From NCBI GenBank assembly GCA_035513115.1, contig DATKCP010000180.1, positions 1-45,976 of the forward strand: a stretch of 45,976 nt of DNA, written 5' to 3'. Positions 12,073 to 20,721 of the stretch are shown here, piece after piece (position 1 is the stretch's first letter; every line of letters begins with the position of its first letter). A model generated the notes under the pieces. The model had not been told where the DNA came from, ran no database searches, and saw only the letters and a list, made by a program, of their open reading frames with translations. The position numbers and the translations under genes were made by a program. This DNA comes from Candidatus Limnocylindria bacterium. Lineage in GTDB: Bacteria > Chloroflexota > Limnocylindria > P2-11E.

Positions 12073-12886
12073 GGCTCCGCGTTATCGAGCGCACGGCCCA
12101 GACCAGACCGAACAGCGCCGTCGCCACGAGCACGATGGTGCCACCCGACGCCGCGTTCACGTAATAGCTCAGCCAGATGCCGACGACGGACGACGCGACA
12201 GCCACGAGCAACGCGGTCGCGACCAGAGCACGCAGATCCTGCGCCACAAGACGCGCGGTCGCGGCCGGCGTCACGAGCATCGCCACGACGAGCACGACGC
12301 CGACGATCTGCACCGAGACCGCGATCGCGAGACCGATGAGACCCAGGAGCAGCGTGTCGTAGCGCAGCGTGTTGAGGCCGGCCGCGGCCGCGCCGACCGG
12401 ATCGAAGCTTACGAAAACAAGCTGCCGCCACACGATCCACAGCACGGCCAGAACGGCTGAGGCGGTGACGGCCGCGATGACGAGCTGTTCCGCCGTGACG
12501 CCGAGAACGTCGCCGAACAGGATCCCGAGAAGGTCGCCGGTGTACGTGCGGATGCCGCTGAAGAGCACGATCCCGAGGGCGAACATACCCGAAAAGACCA
12601 CTCCGATCGCGGTGTCCTCCTTCAACCCGCTGCGGCGAGCGACGGCACCGATCGCCAGGGCCGACAGGACCGCGGCGATGGAGCCGCCGATGACGATGTT
12701 GACCTTCAACAGGAACGCGATCACGACGCCGGGGAACGCCGCATGCGCGATCGCGTCGCCGAGGAACGCCAGCCCTCGCAGCACCACGAAGACGCCGACG
12801 CTCGCGCACACCAGAGCGACGAGCACGGCGGCAGCGAGCGCGCGCTGGACGAACGCATACTCCAGCGGCTCGAGCAGGTCAGGCAT
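12056..12886 (-). CDS. metal (Zn/Mn-type) ABC transporter permease
   Basis: MPDLLEPLEYAFVQRALAAAVLVALVCASVGVFVVLRGLAFLGDAIAHAAFPG... is typical of ZnuB/MntB/TroCD-family permeases. The ATG at 12886 overlaps the end of the ATPase gene by 8 nt. Confidence 0.9.
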   Translation of the reverse strand: MPDLLEPLEYAFVQRALAAAVLVALVCASVGVFVVLRGLAFLGDAIAHAAFPGVVIAFLLKVNIVIGGSIAAVLSALAIGAVARRSGLKEDTAIGVVFSGMFALGIVLFSGIRTYTGDLLGILFGDVLGVTAEQLVIAAVTASAVLAVLWIVWRQLVFVSFDPVGAAAAGLNTLRYDTLLLGLIGLAIAVSVQIVGVVLVVAMLVTPAATARLVAQDLRALVATALLVAVASSVVGIWLSYYVNAASGGTIVLVATALFGLVWAVRSITRSRVAAR

Positions 12887-13661
12887 GGTGCTCGTCGGCG
12901 ATGTGCTGCGGACCACCCGGTCGGTGGCCGCCATAGGTGCGGCGAAGGATCGCGTCGTCACGCAGGATCGACGCGTTCCCGTCAGCGACGATCCCGCCAT
13001 TCATGCAGAGCACGCGTGGGAAGTGCGCCATGACACCCGCGAGGTCGTGGGTCGCCACGAGGACGGTCCGGCCGTGGCTGGCGAGATCGCCGAGGAGCGA
13101 CATGAGCTGCTCCTCCGTCGCCGGGTCGACGCCCGTCGCGGGCTCGTCGAGCAGGAGAAGCTCGGGGTCGGCCGCGAGTGTTCGCGCGAGCAGGACGCGC
13201 TGACGCTGCCCGCCGGAGAGCGCGTCGATCGGTCGGCGCGCGAGGTCGGCGACCTGCACTCGTCCCAGGGCGGCGGCCACGGCCGACCGATCCGCCGCTG
13301 AGGGTCCGCGTCCCGGCGTCGCGTGCGTGACGCGACCCATCAGTACGACGTCCTCGACGCGGAGCGGGTAATCCCAGTGCACCTGCTCGGCCTGCGGCAG
13401 GTACGCCAGACGGCGCGCGCTCGCGCCCGGTTCCGACCCGAACACGCCGACGCTGCCGTCGTACGGCCGCAACAGACCGACGATGACCTTCAGCAGCGTC
13501 GACTTCCCGGCGCCATTCGCTCCGACCAGCGCGATGAGCTCACCACGTCGAACCGTGAGATCGACGTTTTCGATGACCGGCCGTCGGTCGTAGCCTGCGC
13601 TGACGCCGCGCATCTCGATGACGGCGGGCTCCCTCACGGGCAGCGACGATACGCGAGCCAC
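12879..13661 (-). CDS. metal ABC transporter ATP-binding protein
   Basis: Walker A GANGAGKST, signature LSGGQRQR, Walker B LLLLDEP, H-loop ATHD. Confidence 0.95.
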   Translation of the reverse strand: MARVSSLPVREPAVIEMRGVSAGYDRRPVIENVDLTVRRGELIALVGANGAGKSTLLKVIVGLLRPYDGSVGVFGSEPGASARRLAYLPQAEQVHWDYPLRVEDVVLMGRVTHATPGRGPSAADRSAVAAALGRVQVADLARRPIDALSGGQRQRVLLARTLAADPELLLLDEPATGVDPATEEQLMSLLGDLASHGRTVLVATHDLAGVMAHFPRVLCMNGGIVADGNASILRDDAILRRTYGGHRPGGPQHIADEHHA

Positions 13662-13669
13662 CGCTCGTG

Positions 13670-14530
13670 CTACTTCAGTGCGGCGACGATCTTGTCGACG
13701 GCGACCCGCATCAGACCGATGTACGAGTCCGCGGGCCGCTCGAGCAGACTGTCGGTCGGCAGGTCCGTGACGACCTTCGCACCCGTCTCCTTCGCCACCG
13801 TCTCGGCAAGCTGTGACGAGCCGCCGGCCTCCGAGAAGATCGCCGGAACCTTCGCGGCCCTCACCTTCTCGACGAGCCCCGCGAGCTCGCCGGCTGACGG
13901 AGGCTTTCCGGGCTCCGGCTCCGCGAAGCCGACGATCTCGAATCCGAAGGCTTCGGCTAGGTACGGGAACGCGTCATGTGAGGTCACCAGCTTGCGACGG
14001 TCCGCCGGGATCGTCGCGACCTTCGCCTGGAGCTCCGACTCGAGACTGACCAGCTGGTCCGTGTACGCCTTCGCGCGCGACGTGTAGGCGTCGCGTTCCT
14101 GCGGATCGAGCGCGATGAGCGCGTCCCTGATCGCCTCCACGTACCCGCGCGCGAGCGCTGGATCGAACCACATGTGCGGGTTCCCGTCGATGTCGGCCAG
14201 ACCATCCGTGACGACGACGACCGGCGTTCCGCTCTTCGCGTTGCGGAGGAGCGGCTCGACCCAAACATCGAGGTCGAGGCCGTTCGTGACGATCAGCCGC
14301 GCATCGGACACTCTTCGCGCGTCGTCCGGTCGTGGCTCGTACTCCTCGACGTGGCCGCCGGCGGGCACGATCGATCCGACCGTCATACGGTCGCCCGCGA
14401 CCTGTTTCGTCATGTCCGCGAGGATCGTGGTCGTGGCGAGGACCTGCGGGCCGCCGCCCCCGACGAACCCGCATCCGGCGAGTGGCATCGCCAGGAACGC
14501 GGCCAGCATCACGACCATGAGACTGCGCAT
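13670..14530 (-). CDS. metal ABC transporter substrate-binding lipoprotein (ZnuA/TroA/MntC family)
   Basis: Signal MRSLMVVMLAAFLAMPLAGC. Also ATTTILADMTKQVAGD, HVEEYEP, NPHMWFDP, VTSHDAFPYLAEAFGF. GGGAG lies 7 nt upstream of ATG 14530. Confidence 0.9.
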   Translation of the reverse strand: MRSLMVVMLAAFLAMPLAGCGFVGGGGPQVLATTTILADMTKQVAGDRMTVGSIVPAGGHVEEYEPRPDDARRVSDARLIVTNGLDLDVWVEPLLRNAKSGTPVVVVTDGLADIDGNPHMWFDPALARGYVEAIRDALIALDPQERDAYTSRAKAYTDQLVSLESELQAKVATIPADRRKLVTSHDAFPYLAEAFGFEIVGFAEPEPGKPPSAGELAGLVEKVRAAKVPAIFSEAGGSSQLAETVAKETGAKVVTDLPTDSLLERPADSYIGLMRVAVDKIVAALK

Positions 14531-14556
14531 GAAACAACTCCCGTAGCGAGAACGAG

Positions 14557-14590
14557 TCTCAATGAAGTGTTGAGAATGATACTCGATATG
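14557..14590. promoter_or_regulatory. candidate Fur/Zur-family operator in the divergent SBP/fur intergenic region
   Basis: Inverted repeat TCTCAA-N7-TTGAGA (14557-14575). Overlapping it, gagaatgatactcgatatg (14572-14590) matches the classical 19-bp Fur box GATAATGATAATCATTATC at 14 of 19 positions by manual count. Confidence 0.45.
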
Positions 14591-14616
14591 TCGTGAGCGC
14601 GCGCTATGCTGTCCAG

Positions 14617-15063
14617 ATGCCACGAACGGCCTCGCGAACGGCTCTGGCCAAGCGGATCACCTCGCGCGGGCGCCGACTCACCAAGCAGCGGGTCATCGTC
14701 GCTCAGGCGCTCGCGACGGAGCGCCAGGCCGTTTCAGCGCAGGAGCTCCACGAGCGCCTGCACCGTGGACATCCGCGCCTCGGCCTGGCCACGGTGTACC
14801 GCGCCCTCGAAGCGCAGGTCGAGGCCGGGATGGCGACCAGGCTCGAACGGCCGGGTCACGTGTCCGCGTACGTGGCCTGCGTATCCGAGCACCACCATCA
14901 CCTGGTGTGCACGAGCTGCCAGCGCGTGGATGACGTGGACGAGACGATCCTCCGCCCGGTCCTGCGCGGCATCCGGGAACGCCACGACTTCCAGGTCGAC
15001 CACGAGCGCCTGGACTTCTACGGCCTCTGCGCGCGCTGCCGCCGGGAGCGGGCCGCGCGCTAG
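14617..15063 (+). CDS. Fur-family metalloregulator (Zur/Fur-like)
   Basis: LTKQRVIVAQAL...SAQELHERL...LATVYRALE, HHHHLVCTSC..., and C-terminal CARC. TATGCT + 6 nt + ATG suggests a leaderless transcript. Confidence 0.9.
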   Translation: MPRTASRTALAKRITSRGRRLTKQRVIVAQALATERQAVSAQELHERLHRGHPRLGLATVYRALEAQVEAGMATRLERPGHVSAYVACVSEHHHHLVCTSCQRVDDVDETILRPVLRGIRERHDFQVDHERLDFYGLCARCRRERAAR

Positions 15064-15091
15064 ACGAGCCGCGCGCTAGACGAGCCGGGCG

Positions 15092-16195
15092 TTAGGTCGG
15101 ACGCCGGCGCGCGAAGAGGACGGCGACCGCGGTCGTGACGGGCACGCACAGCACCAGGCCGATGCTCGCGGCGAGCACGGCGAGGATCGACTCCACGATC
15201 TCTTCGCTGTTGAGCGCGACCGCGAGCGGCTGGTAGCCGAGCGAGAGCAGGAGCACGAGCGGCAGGGCGCCGCCGAAGTAGGCAAGGGCGAGCGTGTTGA
15301 CGAGCGACCCGATGTGGTCGTGCCCGACATTGAGGGCCGAGCGGTAGAGCTGCGCCGGTCCGAGTGTCGGGTCCACGGCCGCGAGCTCCATCGTGGCCGA
15401 CGCCTGGCCGACGCACATGTCCACCAGGGCGCCGAGCGAGCCGACGATGACGCCAGCGAGCACCAGCCGCGGCATGTTGATGCGGCCGTCGGTCCCAATG
15501 GCGAGGAAGATCTGGTCCTCGGAGCCGAGCCCGGTGAGGCGCAGCGACGCGACGCCCACCACGGCGACCACGCAGATGATCACCAGCCCAACGAGCGTGC
15601 CGGCCAGCGCCGCCAGACTCTTGCGGTTCGCGCCGTGGACCACGAACACCGAGACGGTCACGACGCCCACCGCGCCGACGAGCGTCGCGAGGAGTGGATC
15701 GCCGCCGCGCTGCAGCGCGGGAACGATCGCCAGAAGGAACACCGCGATGCTGGCTGCGAGCCCCGCGAGCGCGGCAAGCCCCTTGAGCCTCGCCACGGCG
15801 AGCAGCGCGACGAAGAGCACGATCGCAAGTGGCGCGAGCCCGGGGAGACGGACGATCTCCTGGATCGCGTAGCGGCGCTCGCCGCCCTCCCGGCTCTCGC
15901 TCACGAGGACGCGGTCGCCGGCGCTCAGAAAGCCGTTCGGATCCAGCGCCCGCCGTCCGCCCCACTCGACCGTGACGATCTCCCCGCGATAGAGCCCGGT
16001 GTCGAGCTGCAGCTCGAGGCGCTGGAAAGGCTGCCGCATGCCGGTCGGGGCTGGGTTCCGGTCACCGGTCTCGATCACGCGCACGACGTGCGCGTCGAGG
16101 ACGTCGATCCCCAGCCCCCGGCTCCAGTCCCCGCAGGCCGTCAGCGCGAGCGCCGCGACCAGGCCGAGTCGGAGCGCCACGGACACAGGCGTCAC
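15092..16195 (-). CDS. YibE/F-family integral membrane protein
   Basis: An N-terminal extracytoplasmic domain (VVRVIETG...YRGEIVTVEWGG) is followed by about 6-7 TM helices (LVGAVGVVTVSVFVVHG..., ALVDMCVGQASATMEL, GHDHIGSLVNTLALAYFGGALP). The track ORF is N-terminally over-extended; start is taken as GTG 16195. Confidence 0.85.
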   Translation of the reverse strand: MTPVSVALRLGLVAALALTACGDWSRGLGIDVLDAHVVRVIETGDRNPAPTGMRQPFQRLELQLDTGLYRGEIVTVEWGGRRALDPNGFLSAGDRVLVSESREGGERRYAIQEIVRLPGLAPLAIVLFVALLAVARLKGLAALAGLAASIAVFLLAIVPALQRGGDPLLATLVGAVGVVTVSVFVVHGANRKSLAALAGTLVGLVIICVVAVVGVASLRLTGLGSEDQIFLAIGTDGRINMPRLVLAGVIVGSLGALVDMCVGQASATMELAAVDPTLGPAQLYRSALNVGHDHIGSLVNTLALAYFGGALPLVLLLSLGYQPLAVALNSEEIVESILAVLAASIGLVLCVPVTTAVAVLFARRRPT

Positions 16196-16203
16196 CCGGG
16201 CCT

Positions 16204-17121
16204 CTAGCCCTCTCCCCCGAAGATCAGCTGCTGGAGATCGGGCAGCGCGGTCCCGAGACCCATGATGAAGAACGTGCCGATGACGAGGCTCGCCGTGCCC
16301 GCGAACGCTCCGACGATGACGTAGAGCGTCCGCATGCGCTGTGCTCCGATGAAGCCGCTCGCGCTCACGACCGCGACCAGCGTGTTCGAGATGAGCAGCC
16401 CGGTGACGAACGCCAGGAGTATGACGATCCCCGTGGTACCCGTCACCCCTGCGATGCCCGCGAGGAGCAGCGCCTGTGACCCCGTCTCGGCGCCGATGCC
16501 GTGGATCAGCCCCACCCCGAACGCGGTGCGGGGTCCGTACTGCGTCGAGTGCGCCGACGGCCGGTGCTCGTGCCCATGGATGCGCGCCTGCAGCGCACCC
16601 CACGCGTTGCGCGCGAGATCGAATACCAGCATCCAGCGGCTGCGCAGCCGGAATTCGCCCTTGCCACGGAGGTACTGCACGACCGAATAGATCACCCAGA
16701 CGCCGAGAAGCACCAGCGTCACGCCGACGACCTTCTCGAGGATCGGGTCCAGCCACTCGGGCAGGACCGCGCCGAGCGTCAACGCGAGCACTCCGAGGAC
16801 CACGACGACCAACGCGTGTCCGAGCGCGTACAGCGACGCGAGACCGATCGCGTGCCGCTGCTCGTGCGCGAAACGCGACTCGCCGAACGCGTGCATCGTC
16901 CCCGGTCCGCTCGGCGCGTGATCGTGCGCGTGCCCGCGCATTTCGCCCGCGTCGTGGCCATGTGGTGTCACAGGCGACGCGGCCGGCACGTCCACCTCCG
17001 CATGCCCTGCGCTCGTCGTGCTGGTGATGTCCGTGATCGCCGCGATGTGATCCCAGTCGAATCCGTGCCGGAACCCGAGCGCGGTCATACCCAGGAGCAG
17101 TACGACGAGGCTGAGGTCCAC
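16204..17121 (-). CDS. NiCoT/NicO-superfamily nickel/cobalt-type transporter with a His-rich loop
   Basis: The signature-like motif FRHGFDWDHIAAITD matches the NiCoT RHA.DADHI motif. His-rich segment: HAEVD...HGHDAGEMRGHAHDHAP...HAFGESRFAHEQRH. A second half has LIHGIGAETG. Confidence 0.8.
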   Translation of the reverse strand: MDLSLVVLLLGMTALGFRHGFDWDHIAAITDITSTTSAGHAEVDVPAASPVTPHGHDAGEMRGHAHDHAPSGPGTMHAFGESRFAHEQRHAIGLASLYALGHALVVVVLGVLALTLGAVLPEWLDPILEKVVGVTLVLLGVWVIYSVVQYLRGKGEFRLRSRWMLVFDLARNAWGALQARIHGHEHRPSAHSTQYGPRTAFGVGLIHGIGAETGSQALLLAGIAGVTGTTGIVILLAFVTGLLISNTLVAVVSASGFIGAQRMRTLYVIVGAFAGTASLVIGTFFIMGLGTALPDLQQLIFGGEG

Positions 17122-17151
17122 GGACCGCAGCCTACCGAGCGAGCGTGCTTA

Positions 17152-17211
17152 TCGCAAGGTGTCGCAATAGTGTGTTCTTGCAACACGCTCGCGTTTGCGC
17201 GACGCTTGCGA
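17152..17211. promoter_or_regulatory. array of TCGCAA / TTGC(A/G)(A/C) hexamers between the NiCoT gene and the second fur gene (candidate operator)
   Basis: TCGCAA at 17152 and 17162 (10-bp phasing). The inverse-oriented hexamers are TTGCAA at 17178, TTGCGC at 17195 and TTGCGA at 17206. GTGTCGCAA-N11-TTGCAACAC is an imperfect inverted repeat. Confidence 0.35.
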
Positions 17212-17212
17212 C

Positions 17213-17641
17213 ATGGGTACCGAGATCGACGAGCGCGTGCGGGCGGGCGGGAAGCGGATGACCGTCCAACGCCGCCTGGTGCTGGAGGCGCTGCGGCGCG
17301 CGCGCCATCACGTGACCGCCGACAGCATCGTGACCCGCATCCGCGCGCGTCACCCGCAGATCGACCCTTCCACGGTCTACCGGAACCTCGAGGCGCTCGA
17401 GGAGCTGGGGTACGTGACGCACACGCACTTCGACGACCGCGTCACGCGCTGGCACCGCGCCGACGCGCAGCGCCACGGCCATCTCGTTTGCCGCAGATGC
17501 GGCTCCGAGCAGGAGCTTCCGATCGACCTGCTCGAGCCGCTCGCACGCCGGCTGCGGGATGACCACGGCTTTCGAGCCGATCTGGCGCACTCGGCGATCG
17601 TCGGTATCTGCAAGGCCTGCTCGAACGTATCCTCTATGTAG
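17213..17641 (+). CDS. second Fur-family metalloregulator (possibly Nur/other metal-specific)
   Basis: MTVQRRLVLEAL...HVTADSIVTRI...PSTVYRNLEALEELGYV, HGHLVCRRCG and CKAC. Confidence 0.9.
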   Translation: MGTEIDERVRAGGKRMTVQRRLVLEALRRARHHVTADSIVTRIRARHPQIDPSTVYRNLEALEELGYVTHTHFDDRVTRWHRADAQRHGHLVCRRCGSEQELPIDLLEPLARRLRDDHGFRADLAHSAIVGICKACSNVSSM

Positions 17642-17643
17642 AT

Positions 17644-18009
17644 ATGCGCCTGATCGCGATCGTCGTCTTCGCACTCGCCGCCACCGGCGCCACGCTCGCT
17701 GGTTCCGGTCTGGTGGTCGCCCCGCACATCGACCCGCCCGGAACTCCGAAGTACCACGACCACGTCCTGGCGGCGTACCGCCTGCCGATCTTCCTCGCGG
17801 GCGTTGAGGCGCGCTTCGACCCGCGGCAGGGCGTGCTCACCCAGAAGCACCTCGACGCCGCGACCTTCGCGCTCGCACTCGCGCTTCTGGTCTTCGCCTG
17901 GCCGCGCCTGCCGCGGCCGACTCGGCGGCCCACCTGGCGGCTGGCCAGAGCGGACATCGCGCGGGCGCAGTGGCGCTCGCCGCTGATCCTCGGACCGCCG
18001 CGCCGCTGA
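17644..18009 (+). CDS. small membrane protein, unknown function
   Basis: The ATG lies 2 nt after the fur stop. High GC3. There are two hydrophobic segments (LIAIVVFALAATGATLAG, ATFALALALLVFAW). Confidence 0.55.
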   Translation: MRLIAIVVFALAATGATLAGSGLVVAPHIDPPGTPKYHDHVLAAYRLPIFLAGVEARFDPRQGVLTQKHLDAATFALALALLVFAWPRLPRPTRRPTWRLARADIARAQWRSPLILGPPRR

Positions 18010-18086
18010 CCCTCCTTCCACCGACAGCCCGGGTGATTTTCGAGAGCCGGGTGACTCACCGGACACAAAAGACCTTGGAGGGTCAC

Positions 18087-18686
18087 ATGACGCGTGTCAC
18101 TTCATTCGCCGCGGCGGCGCTGGTCGTCGCGACGAGTGTCATCGCATTCAGCGGCACCGCGGCGGCGCACGAGCGTCGGACGGTCGGGCCGTACCAGTTC
18201 GTCGTGGGATGGCTCAACGAGCCCGCCTACGTTGGACTCGTGAACAGCCTTGACCTGCGCGTGACCGACACGCGCGTGACTCCCGCGAAGGCCGTCGAGG
18301 GTCTCGACAAGACGCTCACGGTCGAGCTGCAGACCGGCGGACTCGCGCCGCTCCGCCTCACGGTCACCGCGCGCTTCGGAACGCCCGGTGCGTACAACGG
18401 CTACGCCATGCCCACCGCGACCGGCACGTACACCTTCCATATCAAGGGCAAGGTCGAGGATCTCGACGTCGACGAGAAGTTCGAGTCCGGGCCAGGCCGG
18501 TTCGGCGACATCGAACCGACCACCGCGCTCCAGTACCCGAACGAAGTCCCCACCCCGGATGAGCTCGGCACCCGCCTGGGCGACCTGCAGAGCGGCATCG
18601 ATCAGACGCGCATCCTGTCCGCGGCGGCGGTCCTGATCGGTCTCGTCGCCCTGGGCGTCGCATTCATGTTCCGGCGCCGCGCGTAG
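18087..18686 (+). CDS. secreted, C-terminally membrane-anchored protein with a predicted N-terminal His after signal cleavage (YcnI-like role)
   Basis: GGAGGG lies 5 nt upstream of the ATG. Signal ...AFSGTAAA|HERRTVGPY. Beta-rich body, then C-terminal TM ILSAAAVLIGLVALGVAFMFRRRA. It sits directly upstream of CopC-CopD (TAGTG overlap). Confidence 0.8.
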   Translation: MTRVTSFAAAALVVATSVIAFSGTAAAHERRTVGPYQFVVGWLNEPAYVGLVNSLDLRVTDTRVTPAKAVEGLDKTLTVELQTGGLAPLRLTVTARFGTPGAYNGYAMPTATGTYTFHIKGKVEDLDVDEKFESGPGRFGDIEPTTALQYPNEVPTPDELGTRLGDLQSGIDQTRILSAAAVLIGLVALGVAFMFRRRA

Positions 18687-20590
18687 TGCGCGGACCCCTC
18701 ACGGCGCTCGTCGCCGTGTCCGTCCTCATCCTGATGGGCGGCGCGGCGGCGGCGCACGCGAACTACGTCAGGTCGAACCCCGCCTCCGACGCCCTCCTCA
18801 CGAGGGCGCCGACGGAGGTGCGCGTGACGTTCAGCGAGCCGCCGGACGCCCGCGGCAGCGACGTCGCGGTACTCGACGTGAACGGCAGCCGCTTCGACCA
18901 GCGCGACGTGACGCTGGTGAGCGACGAGCCGAACACCCTGCGGGTGTCGCTCGGCGCGCTCGCCGACGGCGGCTACCTTGTGTCCTGGACCGCCCTGTCC
19001 TCCGTCGACGGTCACGTGACGAAGGGCACCTTCGCGTTCGCCGTCAACGCGCCGCTCCCGCCCATCGGGGACATCGGACCGTCGACACCGCCTCCGACGG
19101 CGCTCGAGATCGCCGGCCGCGCGCTCTCGTACGGCGGGATGGCGCTGTTGATCGGCCTCGCGTTCTTCACGATGTTCATCCGCGTCCCGACCGCCGGTGC
19201 GGAGACGCGCCGCGAGCGACATCTGGTCGTCGCCGGTGGCGCGGCCGTTCTGGCAGGCAGCGCGCTGCTGATCCTGGGTCAGGGCACGAACATCCCGGGC
19301 CGGCTACTTGCCCTGCTCGGACTACGCGCGCTCGCGGGCATCGCGGCCCTGGCGTCCCTCGCCGTGCCGGCGCGCCTCCTGCCCGCCGACGCGCGCCGCG
19401 AAGCGATCGCGTTCTTCGGACTGGCCGCCGGACTCACCGCCACGCTGGTGTCGCACGCCGCGGCGAGCGGCGACCTCCGCTACGTGGCACTCGACTATCT
19501 CCATGTCATCGCGATCTCGATCTGGCTCGGTGGCGTCGTGGCGTTCTCGTACGTGGCGATGCCGTCAGCGCGGTCGGAGGACCCGAGCGACCTCGGACGG
19601 ACGGTCTGGCGGTTCTCGCTGACGGCGCTCGTCGCGGTCGCGGTGATCGTCACGACCGGGGCGCTGCAGGCGCTGGACCGTCTGGTGCTCGTCGAGGATC
19701 TCGTTGAGACCCCTTACGGGATCGCGCTGCTCACCAAGATCGTGCTACTCGTCGGACTGCTCGGGCTGGGCGCGCTGAACCTCCTGGTGTGGGGGCCGCG
19801 GCTGCGGCGCGGCCTTCAGGCGAGCGCGCAGCTCTGGCGCGGTGTGCTCGGCGAGACCGCGCTCTTCGCCGGCGTGATCGTGGCCGCGGCCTTCCTCACC
19901 GCACTCGTGCCGCCGGCGCAGGTGAGCGGTGCCGCGTTCGACGAGACCAGGCGCGTGAGCGGCATCCGCATCCAGCTGCTCACGGCGTCCACGCTCCCCG
20001 GACGCAACCGCTTCGTCGTGAGGGCACAGCAGGGACTCACGCCGATCTCGGGCGCGGAGAGGGTCGCGCTGCGTTTCACCATGGTCGAGCACGACATGGG
20101 CGAGCTCGAGCTCATCGCGAGCGAGCGCGCCGCCGGCGAGTACGTCGCCGAAGGCAGCCCGATGGCGATGTTCGGCACGTGGAAGGTCGAGGTGATCACG
20201 CGGCTCGCCGGCCGGCCCGACATCCGCGCGCTGTTCACCGTGCCGGTCTCGGCGCCCGCGGGTCAGGACGCGACGACCAAGGTCATCGCGGTCCCGCCCT
20301 ACCAGCTCATCGTCTTCGCGGAGCCGTTCCAGCCGCAGGCCGGCGCACCCCTCACTATCAATGTCGTCGTGGTCGATCAGCAGGGCGACCCGGTGACGGG
20401 TAGGAACGTGCGGGCGACGTTCAGCGGGCCCGGCACCCAGGCGCCGCTCGACGGCGTCGAGAACGCCGCCGAGCTCGGCCCGGGCCGCTACCGCTTCACG
20501 TTGCCGGGACTGGACGCGGGCTCGTGGAGGATCACGATCGGCGTGGACGGCGCGGGCAGCGGCGTGTACGAGCTCGACGTGAGCAGGTGA
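18686..20590 (+). CDS. CopC-CopD fusion copper resistance/uptake protein (YcnJ-like) with C-terminal Ig-like domains
   Basis: CopC domain: AAAAHANYVRSNPASDALL...VRVTFSEP...GGYLVSWTALSSVDGHVTKGTFAFAV. Then about 8 TM helices (CopD). Then soluble beta domains (FVVRAQQG...FTMVEHDMGELEL...GTWKVEV; INVVVVDQQGDPVTG...GRYRFTLPGL). Confidence 0.9.
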   Translation: MRGPLTALVAVSVLILMGGAAAAHANYVRSNPASDALLTRAPTEVRVTFSEPPDARGSDVAVLDVNGSRFDQRDVTLVSDEPNTLRVSLGALADGGYLVSWTALSSVDGHVTKGTFAFAVNAPLPPIGDIGPSTPPPTALEIAGRALSYGGMALLIGLAFFTMFIRVPTAGAETRRERHLVVAGGAAVLAGSALLILGQGTNIPGRLLALLGLRALAGIAALASLAVPARLLPADARREAIAFFGLAAGLTATLVSHAAASGDLRYVALDYLHVIAISIWLGGVVAFSYVAMPSARSEDPSDLGRTVWRFSLTALVAVAVIVTTGALQALDRLVLVEDLVETPYGIALLTKIVLLVGLLGLGALNLLVWGPRLRRGLQASAQLWRGVLGETALFAGVIVAAAFLTALVPPAQVSGAAFDETRRVSGIRIQLLTASTLPGRNRFVVRAQQGLTPISGAERVALRFTMVEHDMGELELIASERAAGEYVAEGSPMAMFGTWKVEVITRLAGRPDIRALFTVPVSAPAGQDATTKVIAVPPYQLIVFAEPFQPQAGAPLTINVVVVDQQGDPVTGRNVRATFSGPGTQAPLDGVENAAELGPGRYRFTLPGLDAGSWRITIGVDGAGSGVYELDVSR

Positions 20591-20721
20591 CGATCCTCTC
20601 GGTCCTGCCACACGGCGCAAGCGGCTGGCTCGACGAGATCATCTCCCTCGGGCTTCCGCTGGCGGTGCTCATCGTGCTGTACGTGTGGTCGTCGCGTAAG
20701 CCGAAAGAGAAACGCAAGTGA
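20587..20721 (+). CDS. 44-aa single-TM peptide, unknown function
   Basis: VTILSVLPHGASGWLDEIISLGLPLAVLIVLYVWSSRKPKEKRK. Its GTG overlaps the copCD stop (GTGA), and its own stop overlaps the next GTG (GTGA). Confidence 0.5.
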   Translation: MTILSVLPHGASGWLDEIISLGLPLAVLIVLYVWSSRKPKEKRK

